Under the pieces are notes generated by a model. It ran no database searches and had not been told where the DNA came from. It saw only the letters and a program-made list of their open reading frames with translations. From Anolis carolinensis (taxonomy: Eukaryota): DNA of 64,000 bases. Below, in pieces: positions 43,897 through 54,139 of the stretch; position 1 is the stretch's first letter; every line of letters starts with the position of its first letter. The DNA lies in NCBI RefSeq assembly GCF_035594765.1, contig NC_085841.1, forward strand, positions 329,849,402 to 329,913,401, given 5' to 3'. The translations under genes and the position numbers were made by a program.

Positions 43897-44112
43897 TTAT
43901 TTGACAATAGAAAAACCACTATGGTCTAAGCGAGTGATCTTCTTCTCGTTGTGGAATTCAGCTCGGTCAATGTGGGACTTGGGACTTCCAGTCTTCTGAA
44001 GCCATTCCTGAAGCTGCCGCACCTTGAGAGTTGGGCCTTGGATCTGTCCTTTCACAGTGCCTTGGTCAGTGTTCTGGACCCAGCCAACCACACCTAGCTT
44101 TTTTCCTTGAGC
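43897..44112 (-). CDS. ACYP1: ACYP1 last coding exon
   Basis: AQGKKLGVVGWVQNTDQGTVKGQIQGP...FSIVK TAA. Confidence 0.95.
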   Translation of the reverse strand, partial: AQGKKLGVVGWVQNTDQGTVKGQIQGPTLKVRQLQEWLQKTGSPKSHIDRAEFHNEKKITRLDHSGFSIVK

Positions 44113-45070
44113 CTAAAAGAGAAAATCCATATGCAGAAGATGCAATGATCTGTTTGAATACACAGAAAACCTCAATCTGCCTTTTTATAAGAACCAATAT
44201 TCTTAAAACAGTAAGAAACTTGCTGTTCAACACAAATTTCTGTTATATCGGTCCTCTATCCCTATCCCTGGAAATGCAAACTGAATCTATTTTAAGCCAC
44301 TTCGGGTCTCTTTTTAGAAATATAAAATGGGATATAAATAAATAAGTACATATAATAATAAAAATAAAATATAGCCTGACAGCTGGTTCCAATATTAATC
44401 TTGAATGTGTCTGCTCTTAAGTAAGGCCCCTTCCACACTGCCCTATATTCCAGGATCTGATCCCAAATTATCTCAGATTATATGGCAGTGTAGACCCATA
44501 TAATCCAGTTCAAAGTAAATAATCTGGATCAGATCCTGGGATATAGGGCAGTGTAGATCCAACCTAAGTCTCTTAAGTAAGTCCTGTTAAATTCAGTGAG
44601 ACTTACTCACTAGAAAGGGATACCAAATTGCAATCTATTTTACCCAGCTAAAACCTTTTAAGATGACCATCTGATCCATTTAACAGCTTTTAAGTTTAAT
44701 TTTTTTTATTGACTTGTATGTTTAATTCAATATTTTGATGTTGTGAATTTTTAATGGCATTGGAATTTGAGGTGTTTTTTGTGGTGTGAGCCACTTTGTG
44801 TCTTGGTCAAGAGATAAAAGCTTGATATAACAACAACAAATCCAAAACACCTGGAGGGCCAAAGTTTGCTCATGCCTGCTTTAAAGTGTGTTAAATGGCC
44901 AGCGTAGATGGGGCCTGTGAGAGTGTGACTTGCCGTTCAATACCACTGAACTCAAGTAGCCTTGTTTCCAGGATGGGCATAGATACCTGCGTGTATTTGC
45001 GGAAAAACACCCCTTGCACTTTCCCGAACACTTCATAATCGATTGACACGAGGCCATCTCCTTCAGCCAT
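43897..45070 (-). CDS. ACYP1: Acylphosphatase-1 (2 coding exons, 99 aa)
   Basis: Exons 45070-44987 and 44112-43897 total 300 nt; catalytic motifs VQGVFFRK and GWVQNT; position between MLH3 and ZC2HC1C. Confidence 0.96.
44425..44564. mobile_element. Harbinger-like MITE in ACYP1 intron
   Basis: Palindromic, TAA on both sides. Confidence 0.7.
44987..45070 (-). CDS. ACYP1: ACYP1 first coding exon (acceptor at 45082)
   Basis: MAEGDGLVSIDYEVFGKVQGVFFRKYTQ; ACCATGG Kozak context; CAG|GTATCT donor. Confidence 0.95.
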
Positions 45071-45239
45071 GGTCGGTGATCCCTGGATCAAAAGCAAAAG
45101 CGCAATTAGGCCGGAGAGAAAACGTAGGGGCCGAACCCATATCTCCCCACCAGCCTCCAGTGATCGCTCCATGGGGAGCTGCCCTGTAGCCCTGTCCTCT
45201 GAAGGGGGAAGTGAAGGCCAAATGGCAAGGCAAGGGCAT

Positions 45240-45560
45240 TGGGTAAACTCTGCCTTCATTTGCATCCTCATGAATATGTAAAGCAGGGGGCGGGGGAGAG
45301 TTTTTGGCACCTGCAGGCTCTTTGGGGCCGCCTGAAGGTATATCCAACAGCCTCCCCTCCTCAGAAGAGGGGCTGCCTTCCTCAGCCAATCAGCAGCCAG
45401 AGCGCGCTCTCTGGGCTCTAACCGCCAGTAACGGCTGGGCTCAGAAACCACAGAGCTGACCTCCGTCTTTCTGACTAGAGTAGCCCCTCCCGAAGCCGTA
45501 GACCGGAAGTGAGGTAAACCTCCTTGGGTTACGGACTGCAGCCGGCAAAGACTGCAAAGA
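45240..45560 (-). promoter_or_regulatory. ACYP1 proximal promoter region, possible short exon 1 ending at 45461
   Basis: CpG-enriched. ETS CCGGAAGT 45503-45510, CCAAT 45386-45390, GC box 45287-45295, octamer ATTTGCAT 45258-45265, candidate donor GAG|GTCAGC at 45460. Confidence 0.6.
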
Positions 45561-45669
45561 CCATAGAGAGGGAGCCATCTATTCGAAATTATTTATTTAT
45601 TTATTTATTTTGCTACATTTATATCCCGCCCTTCTCACCCCAAAGGGGACTCAGAGCGGTTATGCAAAA

Positions 45670-45990
45670 CAATATATTATATTATTAGCATAGCACAATA
45701 TTAGCATTATGTATTACAATATTGTACTATACCACTATACTGTAATATTATTAGTAATATTACATGTTATATATAATATATAATTGTATTATATTGTATT
45801 ATTATTAGTATTATAATGTATTACATTATAATATTATTACCAATATTAGACATATATACAATATATTATATTATTATATATTATTGTATATTATATACAA
45901 TATATAATATAAATTATATTATTAGCATAGCATGTTACTGTTAAATTACATCATTAAATAACATTAAATAACATGTTACATGTTAAAATT
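45670..45990. repeat. AT-rich low-complexity tract following an L2-type tail (45590-45665)
   Basis: Extremely A+T-rich, degenerate TATTA units. Confidence 0.8.
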
Positions 45991-46031
45991 ACATCATTAG
46001 AAAAAAACAACCTCAAAACGATCGCATAGAT

Positions 46032-46166
46032 CAGTGGTTCTCAACCTGTGAGTCCCCAGATGTTTTGGCCTTCAACTCCCAAAAATCCTAACAGCTGGTA
46101 AACTGGGTGGAATTTCTGGGAGTTGTAGGCCAAAACACCTGAGGACCCACAGGTTGAGAACCACTG
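46032..46166. mobile_element. hAT MITE
   Basis: TIR CAGTGGTTCTCAACCTGTG; TSD gcatagat/gcatggac. Confidence 0.88.
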
Positions 46167-46198
46167 GCATGGACAGATAGATAGATAGATGTGCCTAT

Positions 46199-46396
46199 GG
46201 GTGCATCTACATTGTCGAAATAATGTAGTTTAATCCCCACTTTAACTGCCATGGCTCAATCCTATGGAATTGTGGGAGTTGCAGCACTTCCCAGAGAAAG
46301 CTAAAGACCTTGTAAAACTGCAACTCCTAGGATTTCAGAGCATTGAGCAGCTAAAGTGTTGTTAATCTGCATTAATGCTACAGTGTGGATGCACCC
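46199..46396. mobile_element. Harbinger-like MITE (related partial copy from 54328)
   Basis: GGGTGCATC / GATGCACCC termini, TAT on both sides. Confidence 0.75.
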
Positions 46397-46834
46397 TATG
46401 GTTGTGTGGGGTGGGGAGAACCCGTATTTGGACATTATCTTTATTAAAATTATTGTTTATACTTGTTTATTTATTTATATCCTGCTTTTTCTCTCTATAT
46501 GGAGACTCAAAGCGGCTCACAATCAAAAACATTACAACTTAAAATATACAACAATAAAACAGTATGTCATTATATATTACTAGTATTATATTTAATATAT
46601 TCTTTTATATTACAACATTATTATTAGTATTATATTGTGTTTTATTATGTTATTAATATTATATGTAGGTAAAGGTAAAGATTTCTACTATACAAAATCC
46701 CAGAATGCTTGTAAAGTATCTATACAAACACAAGATAGTCTATGTACAAAGAAAATATGTCCAAATAGCATATAGTATTACTAAAGTTCCCTGTACAAAG
46801 CTCAATTTCGTAGTACCAGACAAAATGAAAAGAT

Positions 46835-46963
46835 TTCGCTTATCCAAGCTTCTGCCGGCCCGTTTAGCTTGGATAAGTGAGACTCTACTGTATTAGTATT
46901 ATTACATTACGGTGTTATTATTTCTATATATTATTTGTTCTCTCTCTCTCTCTCTCTCTCTCG

Positions 46964-46996
<33 letters not shown>

Positions 46997-47154
46997 GCAA
47001 ATAAAACAATAATTTTTATAGAGAATTAAATGTGTGTGTGTGTGTATCAGGCATGGGCAAACTTCGGCCTTCCAGGTGTTTCCAGCTGAAGTTTGCTCAT
47101 GCCTCATACACACACACATACAGTATATTAAAACCAACCCAAATGGACTTCAAC
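46835..47154 (+). repeat. Local direct duplication, copy A (copy B 48460-48779)
   Basis: Same order of MITE end, (CT)n(AT)n, mini-hAT and unique flank; differences mostly in microsatellite length. Confidence 0.9.
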
Positions 47155-47225
47155 AGCTCTAACACAGAAGTTATCCAAGTCTGATATTGGTTCCAATGTA
47201 TATAGGCTTCAGGGATACATAATCA

Positions 47226-47591
47226 ATGAAAATATCTTCCAAACAAAGTAAACAGACAGTTGGTCATGTTGCTGTATACTGGAATGAAGAAAATAATGAT
47301 AGAGCACCACTGTCAAGAAAGTCTTTGCAAGTAAAGTCTAAATACTTGTTACTCTATGTTTTGTTTTAGATATAAATTCATTGTTGCTGGGTATACCAAC
47401 TCCTGAAGAAGGGGATTTTCTTCCCGAAACAGGGTACAAAAATACCCTGGAACCCCTGTAGACTTGGAACTTTATTTGGACTTTACTTGCGAAGACTTTC
47501 TTGAGAGCGATGCTCCATCATTATTTTCTTCATTCCAGTATACAGCAACACGACCAACCATCTGTTTACTTTGTTTGGAAGATATTTTCAT
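47226..47591. repeat. 119-bp inverted repeat (47226-47344 / 47473-47591) enclosing the hammerhead; probable Penelope-like element remnant
   Basis: Arms are reverse complements with about ten substitutions. Confidence 0.8.
47389..47472 (+). ncRNA. Putative type I hammerhead ribozyme
   Basis: CUGAAGA 47403-47409; stem II GGGGA/UUCCC; GAAA 47426-47429; stem III ACAGGG/CCCUGU; GUA cleavage triplet 47458-47460; stem I CCAACUC/GACUUGG with one mismatch. Confidence 0.75.
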
Positions 47592-48022
47592 GGCAGTGTG
47601 GACTCAAGATAATCCAGTTCAAAGCAGATACTGTGGATTATCCTGCTTTGGCATTCTGGGTTATATAGGTGTGTGGAAGGGCATTGAGTTTACACTGCCA
47701 TATAATCCAGTTCAAATTAGATAATCTGTATTTTATAGGCAACGTGGAAGAGGCCTGAGTGAAGAGGTCCTGGGCACCATTCTGCCTGAGTGGGTTGCTA
47801 GGAGATGAGGTGGGCGGAGCCTACCCTTCTAACTGGCAGCAAGGGGGAAAAACAGTCCTTCCCCTTCCTCTAATTTGGACTTAATTTTTCTAGGTTTTTT
47901 TTGTTTAAAAGACATAGACTGGATGACTATGTCTTTTGTGGCCAAATTTGGTGTGATTTGGTTCAGTGTTGTTGTTTACTCCATAGTAAAACATCACATT
48001 ACATTTTTTTATATATAGAAGA
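47592..48022 (-). mobile_element. Possible non-autonomous Helitron fragment
   Basis: Minus-strand start TCTTCTATATATAAAA and internal MITE-like modules; no 3' CTAG end found. Confidence 0.4.
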
Positions 48023-48192
48023 TTATATTGTACTATCTTATTATACCACAATATATATAATGCACTGCCAGCATATTATACTATTAGTATTATATAATAT
48101 ATTGTAGTATATCGTAAGTTGTAGTCTATATAATATATATTATATTGCAACATTATTAATATTATTAAGATTATATAATACATTAGTATATA

Positions 48193-48515
48193 CAGTAGAG
48201 TCTCACTTATCCAAACCTCGCTTATCCAAGCTTCTGGATTATCCAAGCCATTTTTGTAGTCAATGTTTTCAATATATCATGATATTTTGGTGCTAAATTT
48301 GTAAATACAGTAATTACAACATAACATTACTGCGTATTGAACTACTTTTTCTGTCAAATTTGTTGTATAACATGATGTTTGGGTGCTTAATTTGTAAAAT
48401 CATAACCTAATTTGATGTTTAATAGACTTTTCCTTAATCCCTCCTTATTATCCAAGATATTCGCTTATCCAAGCTTCTGCCGGCCCGTTTAGCTTGGATA
48501 AGTGAGACTCTACTG
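48193..48515. mobile_element. Tc1/mariner MITE, complete
   Basis: TIR CAGTAGAGTCTCACTTATCCAA, TA TSD. Confidence 0.9.
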
Positions 48516-48563
48516 TATTAGTATTATTACATTACGGTGTTATTATTTCTATATATTATTTGT

Positions 48564-48607
<44 letters not shown>

Positions 48608-48779
48608 ATATTAGCAAATAAAACAATAATTTTTATAGAGAATTAAATGTGTGTGTGTGTGTATCAGGCATGGGCAAACTTCGGCCTTCCAGGTGTTTTG
48701 GACTTCAGCTGAAGTTTGCCCATGCCTCATACACACACACATATACAGTATATTAAAACCAACCCAAATGGACTTCAAC
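48460..48779 (+). repeat. Local direct duplication, copy B
   Basis: Matches 46835-47154; contiguous with a complete MITE, so probably the source copy. Confidence 0.9.
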
Positions 48780-48889
48780 TCCCAGTCTCCCCTGCCATTA
48801 CAGCGAGCGTCAAGGGATTGTGGGAGCTGTATCCAGCCAGCGTCATCTGACAGGTCCGGGTGGCACCTCACTTAAAGAGGCAGAGCAGG

Positions 48890-49350
48890 AATGGCTAGGC
48901 GGTCTCTGCGTGCGCGTTGCTAGGCAATCGTGGTAAACAACCTAGCCGGAGTCAGGGTCAGAAGGTTAGCGCGGTAGCGGAGGGAGGGGGGCGTGCCGGT
49001 GCGCGAGCACACGTTGCCATAGTGACGGAGCCGCTCTTTGGGCCTCGCGGCTTTTTGAGGCGGAAGATCCATGTCTCCTCGTTATCGGCAGCGGGTAAGC
49101 CGACTGGGCAGTCGCATTCGTTGTGTGCGACGATGTTAACTGCTAGCCTGCTTCCTCAACGACATGGCTCTCAGTAGTAAACAACCCGGAGTACGAGTGC
49201 CCTTGAACTAGAGACGTCACCTCCAGTTCACGAAAATTAGCTTAACTGCGGCCTGAGGCTTCTGCCAAACAGAGCTCGTTTCTTCAGAACCTCTGAGGCC
49301 AAAATCAAATGCCCCTTCTTGCTGTATGTTTGAATGAACCACACTGAGGT
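48890..49350 (+). promoter_or_regulatory. ZC2HC1C CpG-island promoter and non-coding first exon(s)
   Basis: RFX X-boxes 48916-48928 and 49013-49026, forkhead GTAAACAA 48933-48940 and 49177-49184, donors CGG|GTAAGC (49095) and GAG|GTAAGT (49349). Confidence 0.75.
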
Positions 49351-49597
49351 AAGTCGTCTCCGAGGGAAGCGCTCTCGCTTAACCCTTTGGCTGCCTTTCT
49401 TATTTGCATCGTAGCTGGGAGTTTTGAATATGAATGTAGTTTCTTGAGTTACTATTAAACGTCGGTCTAACGAATACTGTTGCCATACCATAAACTCTGT
49501 ACTGACTAGATATTTAAATACTGTCATTAAAAACAGACGCAAACTTATACAAACATTGATTTTATATTTATTTTTTAAAGTATTGTTTCTTCAGGTT

Positions 49598-50165
49598 ATG
49601 AGTTTTCCTGGACTGTATGGCCATGTTCCAGAAGCCTTCTCTCCTGACCTTTCACCTGCATCTATGGCAGGCATCCTTAGAGGTTGTGAGGTCTGCTGGA
49701 AACTAATAAAGTGGGATTTATATATCTGTGGAATGTCCAGGGTGGGAGAAAGAATTCTTGTCTGTTTGAGGCAAGTGTGAATATAACAGTTGGCCACCTT
49801 GATTAGCATTTAATGGCCATGCAGCTTCAAGGACTGGCTACTTACTGCCGGGGTTAAAAAACTCTAAAATCAGGACAATAAATAAAGAACAACACTCAGA
49901 AAACAGAAAAATTCCAGACAGAAAACAATAAGGGCCAGCTAACACCTCCTAACAAAGAATTCCCCCCAGGCAGTAAGCAACCAGCCCTTGAAGCTGCAAG
50001 GGCATTAATTGCTAATCAAGATGGCCAATTGCTACATTAACACTCTCCTCAAACAGACAAGAGTTCTTTCTCCCACCCTGAACTTTCCAAAGATATATAA
50101 ATCCCTCTTGCCTAGTTTTCAGCAGACCTGACAACCTCTGAGGATGCCACGAAAGCCTTGAACAG
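49598..50165. mobile_element. Penelope-like element, inverted pair in ZC2HC1C intron 1
   Basis: Same family sequence as the 18.4 and 39.7 kb copies; inverted arms about 49675-49848 / 49968-50148. Confidence 0.75.
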
Positions 50166-51642
50166 CATATTATTTCTTCTTTTTTTGTCGACTGCATGAG
50201 TTCCAGTTAACTGATTGTCTACTGTAAGGGTTTTGGCAATTTCCAATTTGAGCTGGTCATTGACCATAATAAAAGTTTACATTACATTACAATTTGGGCA
50301 GGTTTGTTTTCTGAAATTCGTATTACTCTCTGGTGGATATCTGGATATTATCTCCTGCACATGTCTGAGTAGACTTGTTTTATTTGTACTCTGGTGTTTT
50401 AGAATGAGTGTACCAGCAATCTTCAGGCATTTACCCAATCGGATATATTACTATTAGAGAATAGAGAGCCAGCATGGTGTTGCCGTTTGAGCATTGGGCT
50501 GCAATTTTGGAGACCAGGGTTTGAATTTTCAGTCTGCTATGGCTGGCAGGTGACTGGGCAGCCTCAGAAGAAAGCAACAGTAAATATGCACTGAACAAAT
50601 ATTTCAAACAGACAAACAAAAAAAGGAATAGGATGACCATAAATCAAAAACAACTTGGAAGACACACAACAATATTACTAATATTCATTTTGCCAGTTTG
50701 ACTTAGGAGACAGTAATGTCACTGAGAAATAGAACTGTCCACTCTAAATTATGAATGTTGTATTTTCTGAATGTTTTCCAGATGAATAAACTCACTAGTA
50801 CATCTAGATAAGTATTCTGCCAATGGTCAGCTATATGCACTTGGCAATATAGTGTTGTTATGGTGCCTTTCTCCCAAAACTGGGACTCAAGACAACTTAG
50901 AATTTAAAAAGAAGTACTGTTGAAACATGCCAAAAGATGAACATTGAAATAGGACTGAACTATCAAATGATTTAAAACTACATTTAAACAGACAAAATAT
51001 TAAAAAGATGACAATAGCATTAACACAATTTCAGTCTAACATAGTGCAGCACTCAGCTCATTCTTTAAAAACTGTCTATTCACTTGCATTTGCTTTCTAA
51101 GTAATTTTGGGTTCTTTCTTACTATACAATTATAACTGATTCTAGTTCAACTGTCATGGTAACAATGCACAGAATCCTGGGATTTGTCATTGAGGAAGGA
51201 TTATTTAGAATTATCAGCTAGAGAACTCCTCAGTGCCTCCCCAAATTACAAATGCCAGGATTAATAGGATGCAGCCAAACAGGAAATGATCAGAAGCATT
51301 TCTAATCTCTGTGTTTTGGTAATCAGAGGTCTTTCAGGAGCATGATTTGGCACACTAGTTCTAGCATCTCTTGGACAGGTTTGCATAGTTATGTCCTAGG
51401 AATAGTTAGGAATTATTACTGTTATGTATTTTATTTGGAGATGCATTTCAAGTCTGGAAGATAGTGTTGGTTCAACGTACAAGTAGTATGATAGCAACTG
51501 TGAAAAGTGATTTTGTGTATTTTCCACCTCTGATTTGAGCACTTCACTTGTTTTTAAAGCTCTGTAATAGGATTCAAGAAAGCAATACACAATCATAGTA
51601 TGTATGTAACTTGTTTTCCCCAGGCTTTCTTGGAAACGCTGA

Positions 51643-52878
51643 ATGGCTCAGTTGCAGCTGACTGCGTATTCACCTATGGATCCAACAGCATGCAATCCAG
51701 GTCTTCCTGGAACAAGCCAGGAAAGATGTCATTCCGAAGCTCTCAAAGAACAGTCCCAATTGGAACATCTGAGGACTAACATCCAACAACAGCTCCTGTG
51801 CAGTAAAGATAAGAAGCAGGTAGATCTTCATATCCAAAAAGGGCACAAGTCATCTTGTTCTCAGCCTGCAGAACGTACTCGGCTGATCTTAGAGAAAGCA
51901 GGCTTCTATTCTGCTGGCCCTTGCAACTGGTATTTCAAGGGACAGGCTGGCACATTGCCCTCTCATTGGAGAACCAAGCGGAGAGAAGGTGTGGACAGGG
52001 CATATCCACTTAAACCAGTCTTTCACCATGAAGCAGGGAATGCTAATCTTCCCAGTTCTTCAGCTAGAGAGACTCCTTCTAGTGGTACTAGCTCAGAGAA
52101 AAAAGGAAGACTGAATACAGTTAAAGTTCAGCATGGTAGAATGCGAGCCCCTTCTGTTGAAGAATCTAAGAAAACAGCTTCTCATCCACAATGGGCAGAG
52201 TCGGGTTACATTCAAAAGCTGGAGGCTGCTGGACGGAGCTTGGAGGAAGAGATCCAGCGCAAGGAGGCCATTCTCAGGGAAAAGCTGAGGAGAACAGAAG
52301 ACGAGCTTCGAAGAATTCAGTGGGAAAGGCAGCAGGCTGAAGCAGAAGCAAGAAGGGAGCGAGGAGCTCTATGGGTTCCTGAGAGGAAAGCAGCAGGCAT
52401 GGCACAGGGTAGTTTTTCAAGATTTACAACCCAGCCACGTACCTGTCAGAAGGCATATGTTTCAGAGAGCTCCATGGTCTCAGTGGGAACTGTTCGGCTT
52501 TCCCAGCCACAGCATATAGAAAAGCTAAAAAAACAAAGGTTGGTGGCCAGCAACAGTAAAATTCGAGAACATACACCCAACTGTAGCCCAGAACTGACTC
52601 CTGTGCATGACCTAGCTATTTCAGTTGCAACTCCTTTAGGGCAGATTAGCCATTTGGCAGCAGAGCCATTACATACGGAGGCTCCAAGCAATGTGGAGGA
52701 GTGGGGAGAGTGCAGGATCTGTGGGCGGAGACTTTATCGCTCCAGACTAGAGAAGCATGTTAGCATATGCAGCAAGAATCACAGCTCCAAGAGAAAGGTG
52801 TTTGATTCGAGCAAAGCTAGAGCAAAAGGCACTGAACTGGAAACTTATCATCTCTTAAAGGGCTCAGATATTTCCCAG
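51643..52878 (+). CDS. ZC2HC1C: ZC2HC1C large coding exon (acceptor 51624)
   Basis: 412 codons; donor CAG|GTAATA at 52879. Confidence 0.9.
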
Positions 52879-54139
52879 GTAATACACATACTTGCTTATT
52901 ATATGCATCCTGGGTTCTTTCTTTTGTTTATATGATGTTTTCATGCAGTCCTTGATGTGTGCTGACTAGCCTGACTTCTCCTTTGCTTTAGCAACCTAAC
53001 TGCATCATTTGTTCTCAGCTGCATACACCTTGTATGGCTGAGAAGACATTCACTCTGGGTAAGGAGAAGTTATGATAGCTGTTTAAGATCCCTCAAGCAC
53101 CTCTAACTTCAATTCAGGTATTTAAATGTAGCCACGGATAAGGTAATTTCTAGAAGATATAAGATAAGATTCCAGGAAGAAATATTAAAGTTAAAGTTTA
53201 GTTCAAGATTCTGAAACTTGGTCTAGAGAGGATAGGCTTCAAATTCTTTGACCTCTTTTGTCATACACAAATGAGCAGTAGAGGATGTCATAACACGTGC
53301 TCAGAACTGTCACGTTACTATAGGAGAACATGTAACATTAAGTCATATATAACTAATCTCTAAAAGTCATAATGACAAAATAGCATTATAGTCAGGAGCT
53401 CATGGCAATGAAAAGCCATTAATCTCAAGAGTCATGAATAGCAATGTAATTAGGTTTTTTGTTTTCGACTATATGTCTTGACTTCACTGTCCAGTTAAAT
53501 ATTCATAATTCAAGAGAACTAATATACTAATATCATTTATGCTCCAGTGACAACGTTCCAATAAATTGAATTCGGCAAAGTGAGTGGCTTAGGTCTGCTG
53601 TGGGCCCATGAGCAAGATGTCATGACTTTAAAAAGCAGTAATCATTCAGTCCAACCAGTAAAAGGTTGGTCTTCGCATATGTTGTGTAATTTGATGTCCA
53701 ACTGGAATTGGGAATTTACTGTATTAGAACTATCTTGTCTTCCATGTACAGGGCAAAAAATGTATCAAGAAGCATCATATCAGCTATCAGCTTATACTAA
53801 TGGTTTCTCCACTTCCTCTTGTCACTACAGAAAAAAGCTTCCAACCAGTGTTCTGATGCTTCCAAGAAAATTGGTGATATATCTAAACAAAGCAACTGGC
53901 GACAGAAGCATGAATCTTTCATTAAGACCTTGCGCAGGGCTCGTGAAGTCCAGCGAGTAATCTCCAAAGGAGGGAAGGCCTCAGATCTTCCCCCAATACC
54001 TGCCATGGAAAACCCAGACTACAAACTGTGCCCTTATTGCACCCGTCAGTTTGCACCTAAGGTGGCTGAGAGACACATTCCCAAGTGCAAGAACATTAAG
54101 AACAGACCCCCACCACCACAGCAAAAGAAACAATGCTAG
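51643..54139 (+). CDS. ZC2HC1C: Zinc finger C2HC domain-containing protein 1C (FAM164C), about 514 aa
   Basis: Coding exons 51643-52878 and 53831-54139. REGVDRAYPLKPVFH motif, coiled coil, two C2HC fingers (CRICGRRLYRSRLEKHVSIC; CPYCTRQFAPKVAERHIPKC), synteny between ACYP1 and NEK9. Confidence 0.9.
53831..54139 (+). CDS. ZC2HC1C: ZC2HC1C last coding exon
   Basis: ctacag acceptor; SNWRQKHESFIKTLRRAREVQ...DYKLCPYCTRQFAPKVAERHIPKCKNIKNRPPPP; TAG. Confidence 0.88.
   Translation, partial: KKASNQCSDASKKIGDISKQSNWRQKHESFIKTLRRAREVQRVISKGGKASDLPPIPAMENPDYKLCPYCTRQFAPKVAERHIPKCKNIKNRPPPPQQKKQC

Noticed and set aside
44979-44986. ACYP1 donor GTATCT as a U12 intron
   Set aside because: Does not match GTATCCTT and no TCCTTAAC branch site lies near the acceptor
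44891-45451. 186-aa ORF as an N-terminally extended ACYP1
   Set aside because: Non-ATG start; a good acceptor lies 12 nt before the Kozak ATG at 45070 and the spliced product has the typical 99 aa
47794-47806. Additional RFX X-box GTTGCTAGGAGAT
   Set aside because: Lies inside a dispersed repeat 1.1 kb from the promoter; no independent support
52879-52935. Hydrophobic C-terminal tail of the 430-aa ORF
   Set aside because: Read-through past the CAG|GTAATA donor; the conserved C-terminus is in 53831-54139
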